The notes under the pieces: model-generated
The model's database searches: none
What the model was told of the DNA's origin: nothing
What the model saw: the letters and a program-made list of their open reading frames with translations, nothing else
In this document: positions 33,001 through 42,690 of the stretch, in pieces
Numbering within the stretch: position 1 is the first letter of the stretch
Layout of the letters: every line of letters begins with the position of its first letter
Assembly (NCBI GenBank): GCA_963778115.1
Contig: CAVZSV010000004.1
Location: 1,888,001 to 1,952,000 of the forward strand
Source: an uncultured delta proteobacterium
GTDB taxonomy: Bacteria; Bdellovibrionota; FAC87; UBA2466
DNA length: 64,000 nt
Reading direction: 5' to 3'
Made by a program: the position numbers and the translations under genes

Positions 33001-33137
33001 TTCCCATTATTGCCATCACGGCAAAGGCAATGAAAGGAGATAAAGAGACGGCAATCGAGGCTGGTGCAAATGATTATCTTCCCAAACCAATAGACGTGGA
33101 AAAACTAATCGCCTTACTGCGCGTATGGCTAAGCTGA
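30051..33137 (+). CDS. Membrane hybrid histidine kinase (TMs, GAF, coiled coil, HisKA, HATPase, three receiver domains)
   Basis: SEFLANMSHELRTPLNS H-box, N/G1/F/G2 boxes, three REC-like domains. Confidence 0.92.
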   Translation: MPDSLPTGFRSRQRQIQFYVFNFLFATFIFAIDSYAVIDINFGIPYIAWVVLTFYGDVPDFTFIVAAISTLLIFLGAAFSPLGHLPLNIIVINRALTIFAVWVSAFFVRRAKRAEITVQNELWIHAGRSGLFEHMRHTGPLKTVLPEVLEFIVKYTGAQVGALYLIKDNLYSPLCFSGYSPSDSQNLPRELGSSLIGEVIKKKGAVHLTDIPKDYLSIGTGLGRAAPRELILFPMATQERVAAVIELGTFASVVPLTGQFMERISDAVASRIEVLEGHERITQLFEQSEQQNISLKRQQEDLERANENLKNQSQELEAQQEVLEQVNQQLHEEQMAQLDHQRRLEKINEELHRSQIENEEKAHALWLASKYKSEFLANMSHELRTPLNSILILAKLLDDGLATSSNLEHREYAATIQSSGTELLHLINEILDLSKVEAGRIELEIGVVSLSALAEKLERQFSANAKAKHLNLVISWDDESPRALTTDGHRLEQILRNFLANSIKFTPPNGEVMLHFGPADESRAKNFAVSIQVSDTGIGIPKDKLSVIFEPFRQVDTGTSRKYGGSGLGLAIAKELANLLGAKIEVESVENKGSTFTIHLPDLVEQLSHQPAGTTPHPLEKPSPGEIRRIIDDRKLLTPNDRTVLLINNDPTLASLISNFCHVRGLKCICAEKGELGLEDAERYQPMAILLDLNLPSINGITVLERLKQSSKTRHIPVHVFSAEDQRIRVLQMGAVGFLQKPITKEGLENAIEKIEDQLSRRSKTVLVVDDNDLERENVRRLLGNGELKVVDASSISQALDKIKNNSFDCIILNLRIGEGTGLELIRKLEHGKKLLPPIIVHTDRDLSSSENEIFQRVGRSLVVKQAKSPEHLLDEVVLFLHRVESNLPDDKREMLERVRYHEEAFEGKKLLIVDDDMRNVFALRKVLNRKGLDVVVGKNGVEGMKQLKAHPEICAVLTDIMMPEMDGLELIRRIRRDDKLTLLPIIAITAKAMKGDKETAIEAGANDYLPKPIDVEKLIALLRVWLS

Positions 33138-33985
33138 TGAAACCCTCTGCCCTCGCTCCAGAAGATCTATCCCTCTTACTTGAACGAATCCACGAATGCT
33201 ACGGCTATGACTTTCGCGAATATTCCGCGTCAACCATCAGCAAGAGGACCTCAGATTATATTAGCCGTCATGAGTTGATTAGCATTCATAACTTAGTTAG
33301 CCGTATCGAAGAAAGCGAACAAGCCTTTTCCGATTACCTAAACTACGTGCTTATCGGCCTGACCCATTTTTTTCGTTCTCCTCCCGTCTTCCATGCGCTT
33401 CAAAAGAACGTCTTTCCCTATCTTCGATCGCAGCCGGAGATCCGCATATGGCACGCCGGTTGCTCGACGGGGGAAGAGGTTTACTCTATGGCGATCCTTC
33501 TTAAAGAGGCCGATCTGTACAACCGCTCTTTTCTTTACGCCACCGATATCAATTCGTCCGCACTAGAAAAAGCACGAAGTGGGATTGTGAGTTTGATCTC
33601 GCTGAAACAGGCAACTCCAAATTATTTTGCCTCAGGGGGTAAGGGTAATTTGATCGATCACTTTCACATTCGATACGGTCAGGCCATCATCGATAACTCA
33701 CTCCGGAAGAATATTCTTTTCGGCGATCATAATTTGGCCATGGACGGATCTTTCGGAGAGATGCACCTGGTAGTCTGCCGCAACGTGCTTTATTATTTTA
33801 TGCTCCCCTTAAGAAACCGAGCGCTAAGCCTTCTCCACGAGAGCCTGGCGATGAATGGTTTTTTATGCCTAGGGCTTCGAGAAAACATCTATCAATCTGA
33901 ACACTTAAATAGACTACAGCGGATTGGGAGCGTTCCCTTCTTATTCCGTAAAGTCCCCGCTTTATTGCGCCACGCATCAAAATAA
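33137..33985 (+). CDS. cheR: CheR-type protein-glutamate O-methyltransferase
   Basis: YGYDFREY, THFFR, RIWHAGCSTGEEVYSMA, ATDIN, CRNVLYYF; TGATG stop/start coupling with the kinase. Confidence 0.88.
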   Translation: MKPSALAPEDLSLLLERIHECYGYDFREYSASTISKRTSDYISRHELISIHNLVSRIEESEQAFSDYLNYVLIGLTHFFRSPPVFHALQKNVFPYLRSQPEIRIWHAGCSTGEEVYSMAILLKEADLYNRSFLYATDINSSALEKARSGIVSLISLKQATPNYFASGGKGNLIDHFHIRYGQAIIDNSLRKNILFGDHNLAMDGSFGEMHLVVCRNVLYYFMLPLRNRALSLLHESLAMNGFLCLGLRENIYQSEHLNRLQRIGSVPFLFRKVPALLRHASK

Positions 33986-34026
33986 GTTACCTTTCCCCCA
34001 ACATCTTCACCCATTGGGGGAGTCCT

Positions 34027-35220
34027 ATGAAAGCGTCGCTAAAGCAGGTCAATGTCTTAGTGGTCGATGACAAACCTGAGAGTTTGTTTGCGATCGAAAG
34101 CGCGTTGCGGGAACCGGGACTTAGCATCGTTAAAGCGAACTCAGGAAACGATGCCCTGGGCAAATTACTTGAAGACGATTTCTCCTGCGTTCTTTTGGAT
34201 GTAGAGATGCCTGAGATGGATGGATTTGAAGTGGCCAGGCTCATTCGCGAAGATGCCAATACCAGACACATTCCCATTATGTTCATTACCGCTCATGCCG
34301 CCGAAGGGGATCGTTTCCACGGATATCAAGCCGGTGCAGTAGATTATCTTTTTAAGCCACTCGATCCCAACGTATTACGTAGCAAAGTACGAGTGTTCGC
34401 CGAACTATATCGCCGGTCCGAAATAATTGCAGACCAAAGTCATCGACTGAATGCCTCGCTGGAAGAACAGCGCCGAATTACGCAGGTTCTAGAGCGAAAG
34501 ACAGAGGAGCTTGCCCACAGCAACGCGGAATTGGAGCAATTTGCGTCAATAGCTTCGCACGATTTAAAGGAACCCCTAAGAGTAGTCCGAAGCTACTTGG
34601 GGTTGCTGCAAAGGACCGCAAAATTAGATGACAGAGAAACGGATTTTCTAAACTCCGCTAAGGACGCCACGGGCCGCATGCAAGAACTCGTCGACGATCT
34701 TCTCCGTTACGCCAGGCTAGGAGAACAAGTAAAGTCTGCCGAGGCCATCGATTGTAGCCGAGTATTCGACACGGTCGTGAAAGACTTAGGAAAGATTATT
34801 GAAGAGACTAATGGCCGCATCACTCGAGACGAACTTCCTATGCTTAATGCGGACGATACCCATCTACGCCAGATAATACAAAACCTTATCACCAATGCCC
34901 TAAAATTTCGCTGTGACCGCCTTCCCGAAGTCCACGTGAGCGCCGAAGATCGGGGAAATCAATGGCTCTTTTCGGTTCGCGATAACGGAATCGGGATCGC
35001 TCCTGAATATAAGGAGCGAATCTTTCTGATGTTTCAACGCCTTCACGGTAAGGATAAATATTCCGGAAACGGGATAGGCCTAGCCGTCTGCAAGAAACTA
35101 ATCAGCCGATACGGGGGAAATATTTGGGTGGAATCCGAGATAGGCGTTGGATCGACCTTTTTCTTCACGTTTCCTAAGGTCCCGATCGCCGAGCTTAAAA
35201 CCGCCCAAATGGCTCCTTAA
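34027..35220 (+). CDS. Receiver-histidine kinase hybrid (REC-HisKA-HATPase)
   Basis: VLVVDD..LLDVEMPEMDG; ELEQFASIASHDLKEPLR; FQRLH..Y.GNGIGLA. Confidence 0.92.
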   Translation: MKASLKQVNVLVVDDKPESLFAIESALREPGLSIVKANSGNDALGKLLEDDFSCVLLDVEMPEMDGFEVARLIREDANTRHIPIMFITAHAAEGDRFHGYQAGAVDYLFKPLDPNVLRSKVRVFAELYRRSEIIADQSHRLNASLEEQRRITQVLERKTEELAHSNAELEQFASIASHDLKEPLRVVRSYLGLLQRTAKLDDRETDFLNSAKDATGRMQELVDDLLRYARLGEQVKSAEAIDCSRVFDTVVKDLGKIIEETNGRITRDELPMLNADDTHLRQIIQNLITNALKFRCDRLPEVHVSAEDRGNQWLFSVRDNGIGIAPEYKERIFLMFQRLHGKDKYSGNGIGLAVCKKLISRYGGNIWVESEIGVGSTFFFTFPKVPIAELKTAQMAP

Positions 35221-35340
35221 GGGATAGGTGAAAGCGACTTTTGACGCGCAATTCCCTAAGCAGGGGTAGTTGCGTACTGATCTTTCCCTAAATAAGCTAT
35301 CCTAAGATTTCGAATTGCGAATAGAATCTTTAGGAACGCC

Positions 35341-36105
35341 ATGCTTCGCGGAAACCATACCATCAACTACTATTCCAAAGGCAACGCCATCGTCTGGATG
35401 ACGATGGCCTTGCAAGCCGGTTTGATAAATAGTGGAGGCATGATGGCGTGTCACCGTTTCGTTTCGCACGTGACCGGCTTCGCTACTGCGTTTGGAATGG
35501 AGTGGGACCGTACCTCTTTCCCACAGGCGGTCGGAATATTAGCCGTACCTGTTTTTTTTCTATTGGGAAGCATGCTCAGTGGGTTTCTAGTGGATCTCAG
35601 GCTCAAGCTACGTAAGAAACCTCGCTACTTTATTCCGTTCGGAATTAATTTTGTGCTGATCTTAATGGTCTATTTAGGAGGCTCTTGGGGTTACTTTGGC
35701 AAATTCGGAGAGCCCAATCATTGGCAGCTGTATTTCCTATTAAGCTCTCTGTGTTTAGTCTGCGGAATTCAAAACGGCGCTGTCACTTCGGTCTCGCGCT
35801 CGGTAATTCGAACGACCCATCTGACCGGCATCACCACCGATTTAGGTGTGGGAATCGTACGGTTTTGGAACCGCAATAAAGTTCCCGAATACCCCACGAA
35901 TGAGGGCAAAGCGAACCTGATGCGAGCAGGAATTATTACTTTCTTCATCGCAGGATCGGTAGGGGGAGCCTATCTCTATTCGTCACTTCGCTTCGAGGGT
36001 TTCCTGGCCCCCACGCTTACCGCTGGAGCGCTATTAGGGGGAATGATCTATTTTCAATTAACACCGGCGGAAAGCCATCGCACTGGTGAAGCAAGCCGCT
36101 CATAA
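35341..36105 (+). CDS. YoaK/DUF1275 family membrane protein
   Basis: AGLINS, FVSHVTG, GIQNG, IRTTHLTGITTDLG motifs. Confidence 0.88.
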   Translation: MLRGNHTINYYSKGNAIVWMTMALQAGLINSGGMMACHRFVSHVTGFATAFGMEWDRTSFPQAVGILAVPVFFLLGSMLSGFLVDLRLKLRKKPRYFIPFGINFVLILMVYLGGSWGYFGKFGEPNHWQLYFLLSSLCLVCGIQNGAVTSVSRSVIRTTHLTGITTDLGVGIVRFWNRNKVPEYPTNEGKANLMRAGIITFFIAGSVGGAYLYSSLRFEGFLAPTLTAGALLGGMIYFQLTPAESHRTGEASRS

Positions 36106-36324
36106 ATATGGCACGCTACCCACACACACTTGCGTACCTCAACGCCAAAGGACCGTAACGTCCCCAAAGCCAAAAGAAGAAAAGACAAAAGCTATCCGCC
36201 GCGCGACGGATAAACCGGGGGCTGAGATCGTCGCGACGGCACAATCTTTTCGCTAAATTATGCCTCAATGGCGTAGGACACCCCGACGAAAAAGTCGCTC
36301 ACGTTTCGCGAAACGAAGGGTAGG

Positions 36325-37497
36325 TTAACCTCCCTCAATCAGGCCGCTACATCTTTCGGACGACAGAAATTTAAGAGGTTCGTCCAAACGGCGTGCCCAA
36401 TCCAGACTGGAATGATCGGCGTATGGAAAAGTCCTATAGTGAATCCAGTTCAAAGAAACTCCCCTTGTCTGAAGCGCGCGGTAAAAGCGCTTTGCAGACC
36501 CTTCGTAACCCGAATCCTGCCCCTGATCTCCGTGATCAAAATAAAGGCGAAAAGGTAACTTAGGGTTTGCGTCGTTCTCGATAAGCTTAAGCAGCGCGCT
36601 GTTCTGATTAAAGACGGGTAACGATAATCCTCCGGCGGCAGAGAAGACCTCCGGATAGCGCCACATCAGATCGACCGCTATGGATGCACCCAACGACATT
36701 CCCAGGGTCGAGGTGTGCCTGCGATCGGCCAGAGTTCTAAAGTGCTGATCGATATAGGTTTTCACCGTATCGATCACAAATCTCGCATACGTTTTACCCT
36801 GGACTTCGTAATCGTATTCATCGTCACGAGAAAGAGTATTGCCAATGCCGACTAAGATCGTAGGCTCCATCTCTCCCGATTTCACGAGTCGATCGGAAGC
36901 CTCATCGATTCCAAGTCCGTACCCTGGTGCAGCGTGATCGGTCCCGAAAAAATACTGCCCGTCGTGAAGATACATGACCGGAAAACGCCGTGTCGGATCG
37001 GTCTCGTAATTAGGCGGCGTGTAAATGAGCAGCCGCCGGTGATTATGAAGCTCTGGTGAGTAAAAGTTTTCAACCGTTTTCACACCCGCTTTTGATAAAC
37101 GTGGACCAAGGTCTTTCCAGTGGGGAATACTTCTCACCACGGTCGTCGTCTCTTCGACTAGATCCGCGCGTGAATTATTCATCCCGTTTCCCCAAGAGTC
37201 GGCCGCTTCATTTAAGTAACTCCCCCGGGTCACCTTAAAAAGGAGACTCTGCGTGTGGGACGGGACGGTCACGTCCAACTGATAAATCAGAGGCGCTAGA
37301 GGATACATCTGCTTTCCGTTGGGAGCCCACCCACCAAGTTCCGGCAGATTTCCCGCGATAAAGATTTGACTCTCGGCTGGAGTGGCTTGGGGAACCTTCA
37401 CGATAAAATGGATGCACTTCGTTTGATCAGCTTTCAACGTAGGAAGAAGCGACATCGTTAAAATCGCCAGAAGAACTTTGCCTAGACTATATTTCAT
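36325..37497 (-). CDS. CBM20-like domain plus alpha/beta-hydrolase (putative esterase), secreted
   Basis: IFIAGNLPELGGW and FKVTRG (CBM20-like); YTPPNY, PVMYLHDGQ, GMSLG nucleophile elbow, H..DW..R. Confidence 0.82.
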   Translation of the reverse strand: MKYSLGKVLLAILTMSLLPTLKADQTKCIHFIVKVPQATPAESQIFIAGNLPELGGWAPNGKQMYPLAPLIYQLDVTVPSHTQSLLFKVTRGSYLNEAADSWGNGMNNSRADLVEETTTVVRSIPHWKDLGPRLSKAGVKTVENFYSPELHNHRRLLIYTPPNYETDPTRRFPVMYLHDGQYFFGTDHAAPGYGLGIDEASDRLVKSGEMEPTILVGIGNTLSRDDEYDYEVQGKTYARFVIDTVKTYIDQHFRTLADRRHTSTLGMSLGASIAVDLMWRYPEVFSAAGGLSLPVFNQNSALLKLIENDANPKLPFRLYFDHGDQGQDSGYEGSAKRFYRALQTRGVSLNWIHYRTFPYADHSSLDWARRLDEPLKFLSSERCSGLIEGG

Positions 37498-37714
37498 TTC
37501 CTTCCTGACTTACCTCAATTGACATCGTATGTCATTACCATGGCCCCGTTGCTGCATCGCGGCATATAAATTCTTACGCTTAGCGCCAAAATAACAGTGG
37601 ACAACTGACTACTGAACAGAGAAAAAAAAATCGGTTGGGGGGGAAGTATTTTTTTTCTGATACTACCTCCGTAAATCTTGTTCAAAAATTTTTCCGCGGT
37701 TCTGGGACAGTCGC

Positions 37715-39955
37715 ATGACAAAGTACGTCTTCAGCCTAGTCCTCTGGATAGGCTTTGCCTTTTGCTTTTCAACTTCTCTTGCAGCCGTTGATCTCGAGGA
37801 ACTCGAGAATATCGTCGCGCAAGCGTCAACTCCGCAGGAGTTTTTGGAGAACCCCGACTTAAGGCTTCAATACCGTGAAGCGATAAAACGTTTCATGGGC
37901 TACGACGAAAGATTCAACGAGGGATACGACCTCATTCTCAACGGTTTTCAAGACATAGCAAACCTCTATCCCGAATTTGCGAAACGATCTTGGGAGACCA
38001 ACCCCCATTGGAAAGATGAAGGATTCGAGTTTTCCGCAACTTCAGTGGGCAGCGGTCTGCAACTAAAGCCCGCAAGTATACCGCCGCTGCTTTCACAGAT
38101 GGAGAGTGAATTGGCAGCACTCTGCGAGAATCTTCGAGCCGAAGGAATGGAAGCAATCCAAAGTGAACTTGACTCCTTGAACGATTTCTACCTGACCCGG
38201 GTACCTCTTAAGTCGGTGGAAGAGGTCGCCTTACTCTCTGATCTTCAAAAGAGCCAATACCGAAATTCGGTCGTTCGAAAGACGGGAGATCTTCTGAAAT
38301 CTCCCGAGTTCGCCTCGCGAATAAAAGAACTTTCGGCCCGGGTCACATTAGCCCTTCTTCATCTTCCCCAAGTCGAAGGAACGTTGCGCAGTCCCATCGT
38401 CAGTGTCTTGGTGGCTCAGATTAGAGACCTCCTCACTCCGGGGAGAATGGGAAATGCTATCCGTAATGAACTCGGGCTTAGAGCCCCGGATCAACTTCTC
38501 AACATGCTCAAGATAAGATTGACGGTTACGAATCAGTTTCTCGGTGAGTTCGAAGCGGGAATGAAAAGCCGTGAGAAGTTTCGCGACATACGAAATTCCC
38601 GTTTGGGTCCGAATGCCATAAAAGAGCTTCACGAAATTCTGCAACAAGATACCGCAGCCGACGAGAGCACGGTGGTTGCCAGAATGTCCGAAGAAGCACA
38701 GCGCGAGTACGAGACGTGGGAGAAGGAGCAGAGCATTGTTCGTAGTCGTTTATTAGAAACTTTTCACAAGTTCTCGGACGGCTCTCGATTCTTCACATAC
38801 CCCATTCAAGAAGACGGATCGCGCAAGACAATTCGTCTTGGAGCGTCGGGTAGCGGTGGAGTGAGGCTTCTAAAAAATCCCCGACCCTTTCATGCATTTT
38901 TCAGCAGCCTCAAAAAAGGCGAATGCGCTTGGACTCAGCCTCGCCGCTGGACGATTTCAGGATTTGCCGGAAATGTGACGTACTTCACGCAGGGAATTGA
39001 TGGAGAGGGAGCGGAAGGTACGATTAAGATTCTTCAGACAAGTTCAGCAGAAGGAGTATTCCATTCGGTTATCGAAAGCAGTAGTGAAGCGGTGAGCGGC
39101 AAGATCCTCATTCTTGACTCGGAAAATCGTTCATTCGAAATCCCGATCTTGTGGGAAGTTGCAAAAACCCTTTCCCTAGACTTCCCGGGGCTCTCGGCAT
39201 CAAATGGGTGGAATATCGAAGAGCATACCCGTTCCAAAACCAGAGCGCTCTATGAGACTCCGGCCTATATTTACGGCAAGAAGATACCCCTGGCACATCG
39301 GCTGGTCCTTACCGACCCCGATGCAAAAATAATGTCTGAATATTACCAAAACGACGGACATTACGCCGGCCCCTACTTGCTCTTCGACGGCAGTTTTGAT
39401 GGAGATACTCTGACCGTTCTGGACTTTGATGCAAGAAAGCCTCTCACCGAGATAAGATCGGAAATACTCTTCAATCGCTTGAGCAACTTACACTACGATC
39501 CTGAAGAAGGGCGGGAAAAGGCGGTGCACTATGGCTATGACCCCAAAGAGATAGAAGACGTCATCCATATTTTCCCGGGCCAAGATGAAGCGACACGTAC
39601 CGTGCTAGCCGATCTCATGAACGGCTCCCCGGCTACCGACCAGGCCACGGCGGCACTGACTTACTATCGGGTTGCCCTGGAAACCTTTCCTCAAGATCCC
39701 AACCTTCTCCAAACTCGCCTTCTCGAGGGGATCGAAAACAACGCGATCATCAAAGCAAACCGAGATCACTCCTCCTATCACGCAGCTCTTCAGGCTCTTG
39801 ATGCGGCTCTCCGCGCTAATGCGGCTGAAGTTTCAAAATATGAAATTCCTCACTGGCAGGAGCTAATCGCGTCCAGAATGCAACCTGTTCCTCTGCTTCA
39901 ATATGACGGGGTGGATTGTGCGCAAGAAGTGAGCGAGGCTCTAAGGCCTCAATAA
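37715..39955 (+). CDS. Hypothetical secreted protein (746 aa)
   Basis: Long ORF with signal peptide ending SLA; no recognisable family. Confidence 0.75.
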   Translation: MTKYVFSLVLWIGFAFCFSTSLAAVDLEELENIVAQASTPQEFLENPDLRLQYREAIKRFMGYDERFNEGYDLILNGFQDIANLYPEFAKRSWETNPHWKDEGFEFSATSVGSGLQLKPASIPPLLSQMESELAALCENLRAEGMEAIQSELDSLNDFYLTRVPLKSVEEVALLSDLQKSQYRNSVVRKTGDLLKSPEFASRIKELSARVTLALLHLPQVEGTLRSPIVSVLVAQIRDLLTPGRMGNAIRNELGLRAPDQLLNMLKIRLTVTNQFLGEFEAGMKSREKFRDIRNSRLGPNAIKELHEILQQDTAADESTVVARMSEEAQREYETWEKEQSIVRSRLLETFHKFSDGSRFFTYPIQEDGSRKTIRLGASGSGGVRLLKNPRPFHAFFSSLKKGECAWTQPRRWTISGFAGNVTYFTQGIDGEGAEGTIKILQTSSAEGVFHSVIESSSEAVSGKILILDSENRSFEIPILWEVAKTLSLDFPGLSASNGWNIEEHTRSKTRALYETPAYIYGKKIPLAHRLVLTDPDAKIMSEYYQNDGHYAGPYLLFDGSFDGDTLTVLDFDARKPLTEIRSEILFNRLSNLHYDPEEGREKAVHYGYDPKEIEDVIHIFPGQDEATRTVLADLMNGSPATDQATAALTYYRVALETFPQDPNLLQTRLLEGIENNAIIKANRDHSSYHAALQALDAALRANAAEVSKYEIPHWQELIASRMQPVPLLQYDGVDCAQEVSEALRPQ

Positions 39956-40044
39956 GCAGTACCCTAGGAGCACCACGCATTACTCCGTGGCTTGCATTTT
40001 GAAATAGTCCCATGCCACCTCTAGAAATTTCCGATAAACGGGAC

Positions 40045-41436
40045 TCATTCGTTCAATTCTCTTTCTTTGGCTACAATTTTCTGTTCACGTAACTCCAGCT
40101 CTTTGCGTTTGTCCGCAATTTTTTGCTCAAATTGCTCCAAGTGAACGGGCCCAAAATCATAGTACTGGCCGCGCGGAGAGTTTTTTATCTCCTGAATTTG
40201 ATTCCGGAGGCGCGTTGCCGTTTGTTGCATACTAGTGACACCGCTTTTTTCGACCTCAAGAAGCTCGCGATCATATTTCAATTGTGTCCGCATCTCTGCT
40301 TTCGCCCTTTCCGCCGCAACCTTTTTTTCCGCCGCCGCGACCGAAAGGAGATCCTTTCCTGAACGCCGTTCTAAGATTTCGGTTATCTTTTTTTCTTGTG
40401 ACAGAGTAAGGGGCTCGCCCCAGAAAAAAGAGGCATAGACATCGGTATCTAAGTTCGCCGTAGAGGCAAGGCGTCGATAGAGCCCCGCGGTGGAGAATCC
40501 CCACCGTCGCGAATATAGCTCCAGAGATACCGCCCTTGAATCCAGCTCCTCTGTGGGGGCTTCAAAATCCGTGGGATTAAATTTTCTGACGCAAACGATA
40601 GCCGTGGTACCGGTGAGCCAGGAGTGAAAATCGTAGGGCACAGGATCGGAGAGGCTAAGGGTAACGGTACGCTCTTTACTCGTATAGGCGGTCAAATTTC
40701 CAACAGGGGTTTCTTGGAAGTAGTGTTGCCACGCCATTACTTGAAATCGAGATTGAACCCGCTTTTTCACCCAATCCAAAAGACTATTACGATCCGCAGA
40801 TTCAAGGACCACTTGCGCGGAAGGGACCGACCAGCTAAACGGGCACGCCCTATCTAAGTCATAGTCGTCGGCCTCAGCAAGGGGTTGCCAAAAAAAGCTC
40901 CCATCGAAAAACGTGGGAATCATGGCATCCATCGCAAGCGTATAGAGCGCCCGTTCGTGATCGAACGTTAGAAGGCGATGAGATTGGGGACCTAAGAAAT
41001 CCGTGAAGTCAGAAGCGATCTGCAGCAAGCGCTGAAAGAGCCTCTCCTCTCTCGCCGTATTTGCCTCATTCGCTCTCTCCGCTCGAATACGACGGATGGA
41101 TGTTTGGGACATAGCGCCGATCCCTATGGTATCTTGGGGGACGCGGTATAGGGTCTGCAGCGACTCGATATAGTCGCTTTCCTTAACCGGTTTCACTGCT
41201 ATTGTGCCCGTTTTGCCTCCACAAAGAGCAAGCAAGCTTTCCGCCGATAGGTCGTCAAGATCGTGACTGAAAGACTTCCGAGCTCCGCAGGATCTCAGGT
41301 AGACGATCCCTCTATGGGAAAAAAGGAGATTGGATTCGTGTCTATCCGACTCCAGGAGGATGAATCCAGAAGCTTCAAAAGCTGAGAAGAAAATAAAAAC
41401 TAAAACCGGTAACGTCCGCATAATTCGTTTATTCAC
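40045..41436 (-). CDS. Hypothetical secreted protein with C-terminal coiled coil
   Basis: Long ORF, hydrophobic N-terminus, E/K/Q-rich heptad tail. Confidence 0.7.
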   Translation of the reverse strand: MNKRIMRTLPVLVFIFFSAFEASGFILLESDRHESNLLFSHRGIVYLRSCGARKSFSHDLDDLSAESLLALCGGKTGTIAVKPVKESDYIESLQTLYRVPQDTIGIGAMSQTSIRRIRAERANEANTAREERLFQRLLQIASDFTDFLGPQSHRLLTFDHERALYTLAMDAMIPTFFDGSFFWQPLAEADDYDLDRACPFSWSVPSAQVVLESADRNSLLDWVKKRVQSRFQVMAWQHYFQETPVGNLTAYTSKERTVTLSLSDPVPYDFHSWLTGTTAIVCVRKFNPTDFEAPTEELDSRAVSLELYSRRWGFSTAGLYRRLASTANLDTDVYASFFWGEPLTLSQEKKITEILERRSGKDLLSVAAAEKKVAAERAKAEMRTQLKYDRELLEVEKSGVTSMQQTATRLRNQIQEIKNSPRGQYYDFGPVHLEQFEQKIADKRKELELREQKIVAKERELNE

Positions 41437-41519
41437 ACGGCAAAAAGGGTGTCAACTTTCCTTTGTGGGTTGGACGTTTTCGACCCGGGCACTTTGGGAA
41501 CCCAGGGCCTGCTCGTTAA

Positions 41520-42587
41520 TCAGAAACGATAGCTATAGGTGACGCTAAGAGAGCCATAAACCTCCAGAATGCTTTCTCCCTGAAACTCCGGGCTCTTTGA
41601 AACCTGCTGCCATACCAACCGAACCTTTCCTAAACGAACCACAAGGCCCAGATTATATTCCAGACTATACGGATATTTATTAATGCTTGGACTCGATACA
41701 AAGGTATTTCCATCCAAAAAAATATTTCGCAAGATCCCTCTAGCTTCGCCCGCGGCAAAAGCATACATCTCGAAAAAGCGGTGCCTTCGCGATTGCGATT
41801 CCCCTCTTGCCACGATGTAGGGATCAAGGCCTATGGGTGATAGATTACTGGGACCAAAATCATCCGTCATATGATAGCCAAAACGAATCGTGCTTCCGAC
41901 TCCTGCATAAATGAAAACGTTTCCAAGAGCAGCTCCCACGTACGGGATGACATCACAGAGATGGGTTCCATCCGAAAGCGGTAATGCCCAGACAGTTCGT
42001 TTGAGTTGATAGGCAACAGACAGTGTGGGCTCCGTGCGAAGTTGATTTGCCCACCCTTGGGGCTCCGGAGCTCCAATGACACTGTGAACTAATTTTTGTG
42101 CTTGCTCAGCGAGGGACGGAGGTCCGATAACTCCGACGTCTAATTCCCAGCTGTGTAGCCAATCGTTGTTTTGAACATAGAACATGAGTCCCGCGTAAAG
42201 ATAACCCGCGTACGGTCGATCGAGCGGATTGGGGTTCGGGTTTGAAAGATCGTGGGGCGTGTACATCTGCTGTCCCAAGGCCATGCCAATATTGAATTTA
42301 GAATTCGTACCCTCGAGTCCCCGTCGCAATCCCGGGATAAACGACGCAATCCAATTACCCCACCCAGGAAGGCGCTCATCCGCGAACAGATAAGAAAAGC
42401 GAATTCCGCTGGTGTAATTGCGATCGGTCGCTTTAAGTAAGCTCAGTGCTCGCGTGTCGTTTTCTATGTAGAGATTAATATCGTAGTTGTTTTCTTCGGA
42501 CTGGGCGACAGGCTCAGCGGCGGAGGCCAAAGCAATAGAGAAGAGCCACAAAGATAGTAGAGATAAATAAGGGAGAACCAATTTCAC
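41520..42587 (-). CDS. lpxR: LpxR family lipid A 3'-O-deacylase (outer-membrane beta-barrel)
   Basis: END...DRNYTSG, GQQMYTP, DRPYAGYLY, GP.SLAEQAQ..VH, GW.NQL, RNIFLDGN, terminal Phe. Confidence 0.82.
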   Translation of the reverse strand: MKLVLPYLSLLSLWLFSIALASAAEPVAQSEENNYDINLYIENDTRALSLLKATDRNYTSGIRFSYLFADERLPGWGNWIASFIPGLRRGLEGTNSKFNIGMALGQQMYTPHDLSNPNPNPLDRPYAGYLYAGLMFYVQNNDWLHSWELDVGVIGPPSLAEQAQKLVHSVIGAPEPQGWANQLRTEPTLSVAYQLKRTVWALPLSDGTHLCDVIPYVGAALGNVFIYAGVGSTIRFGYHMTDDFGPSNLSPIGLDPYIVARGESQSRRHRFFEMYAFAAGEARGILRNIFLDGNTFVSSPSINKYPYSLEYNLGLVVRLGKVRLVWQQVSKSPEFQGESILEVYGSLSVTYSYRF

Positions 42588-42690
42588 TTACAGCCACTCC
42601 TCGCCCCCCTTTTCACTGTGGTGAATGGATACCATATTGCCCCTGTAGAAAGGTACTTACTTCCTTATTTAGAAAGACACCTCCGCTGCT

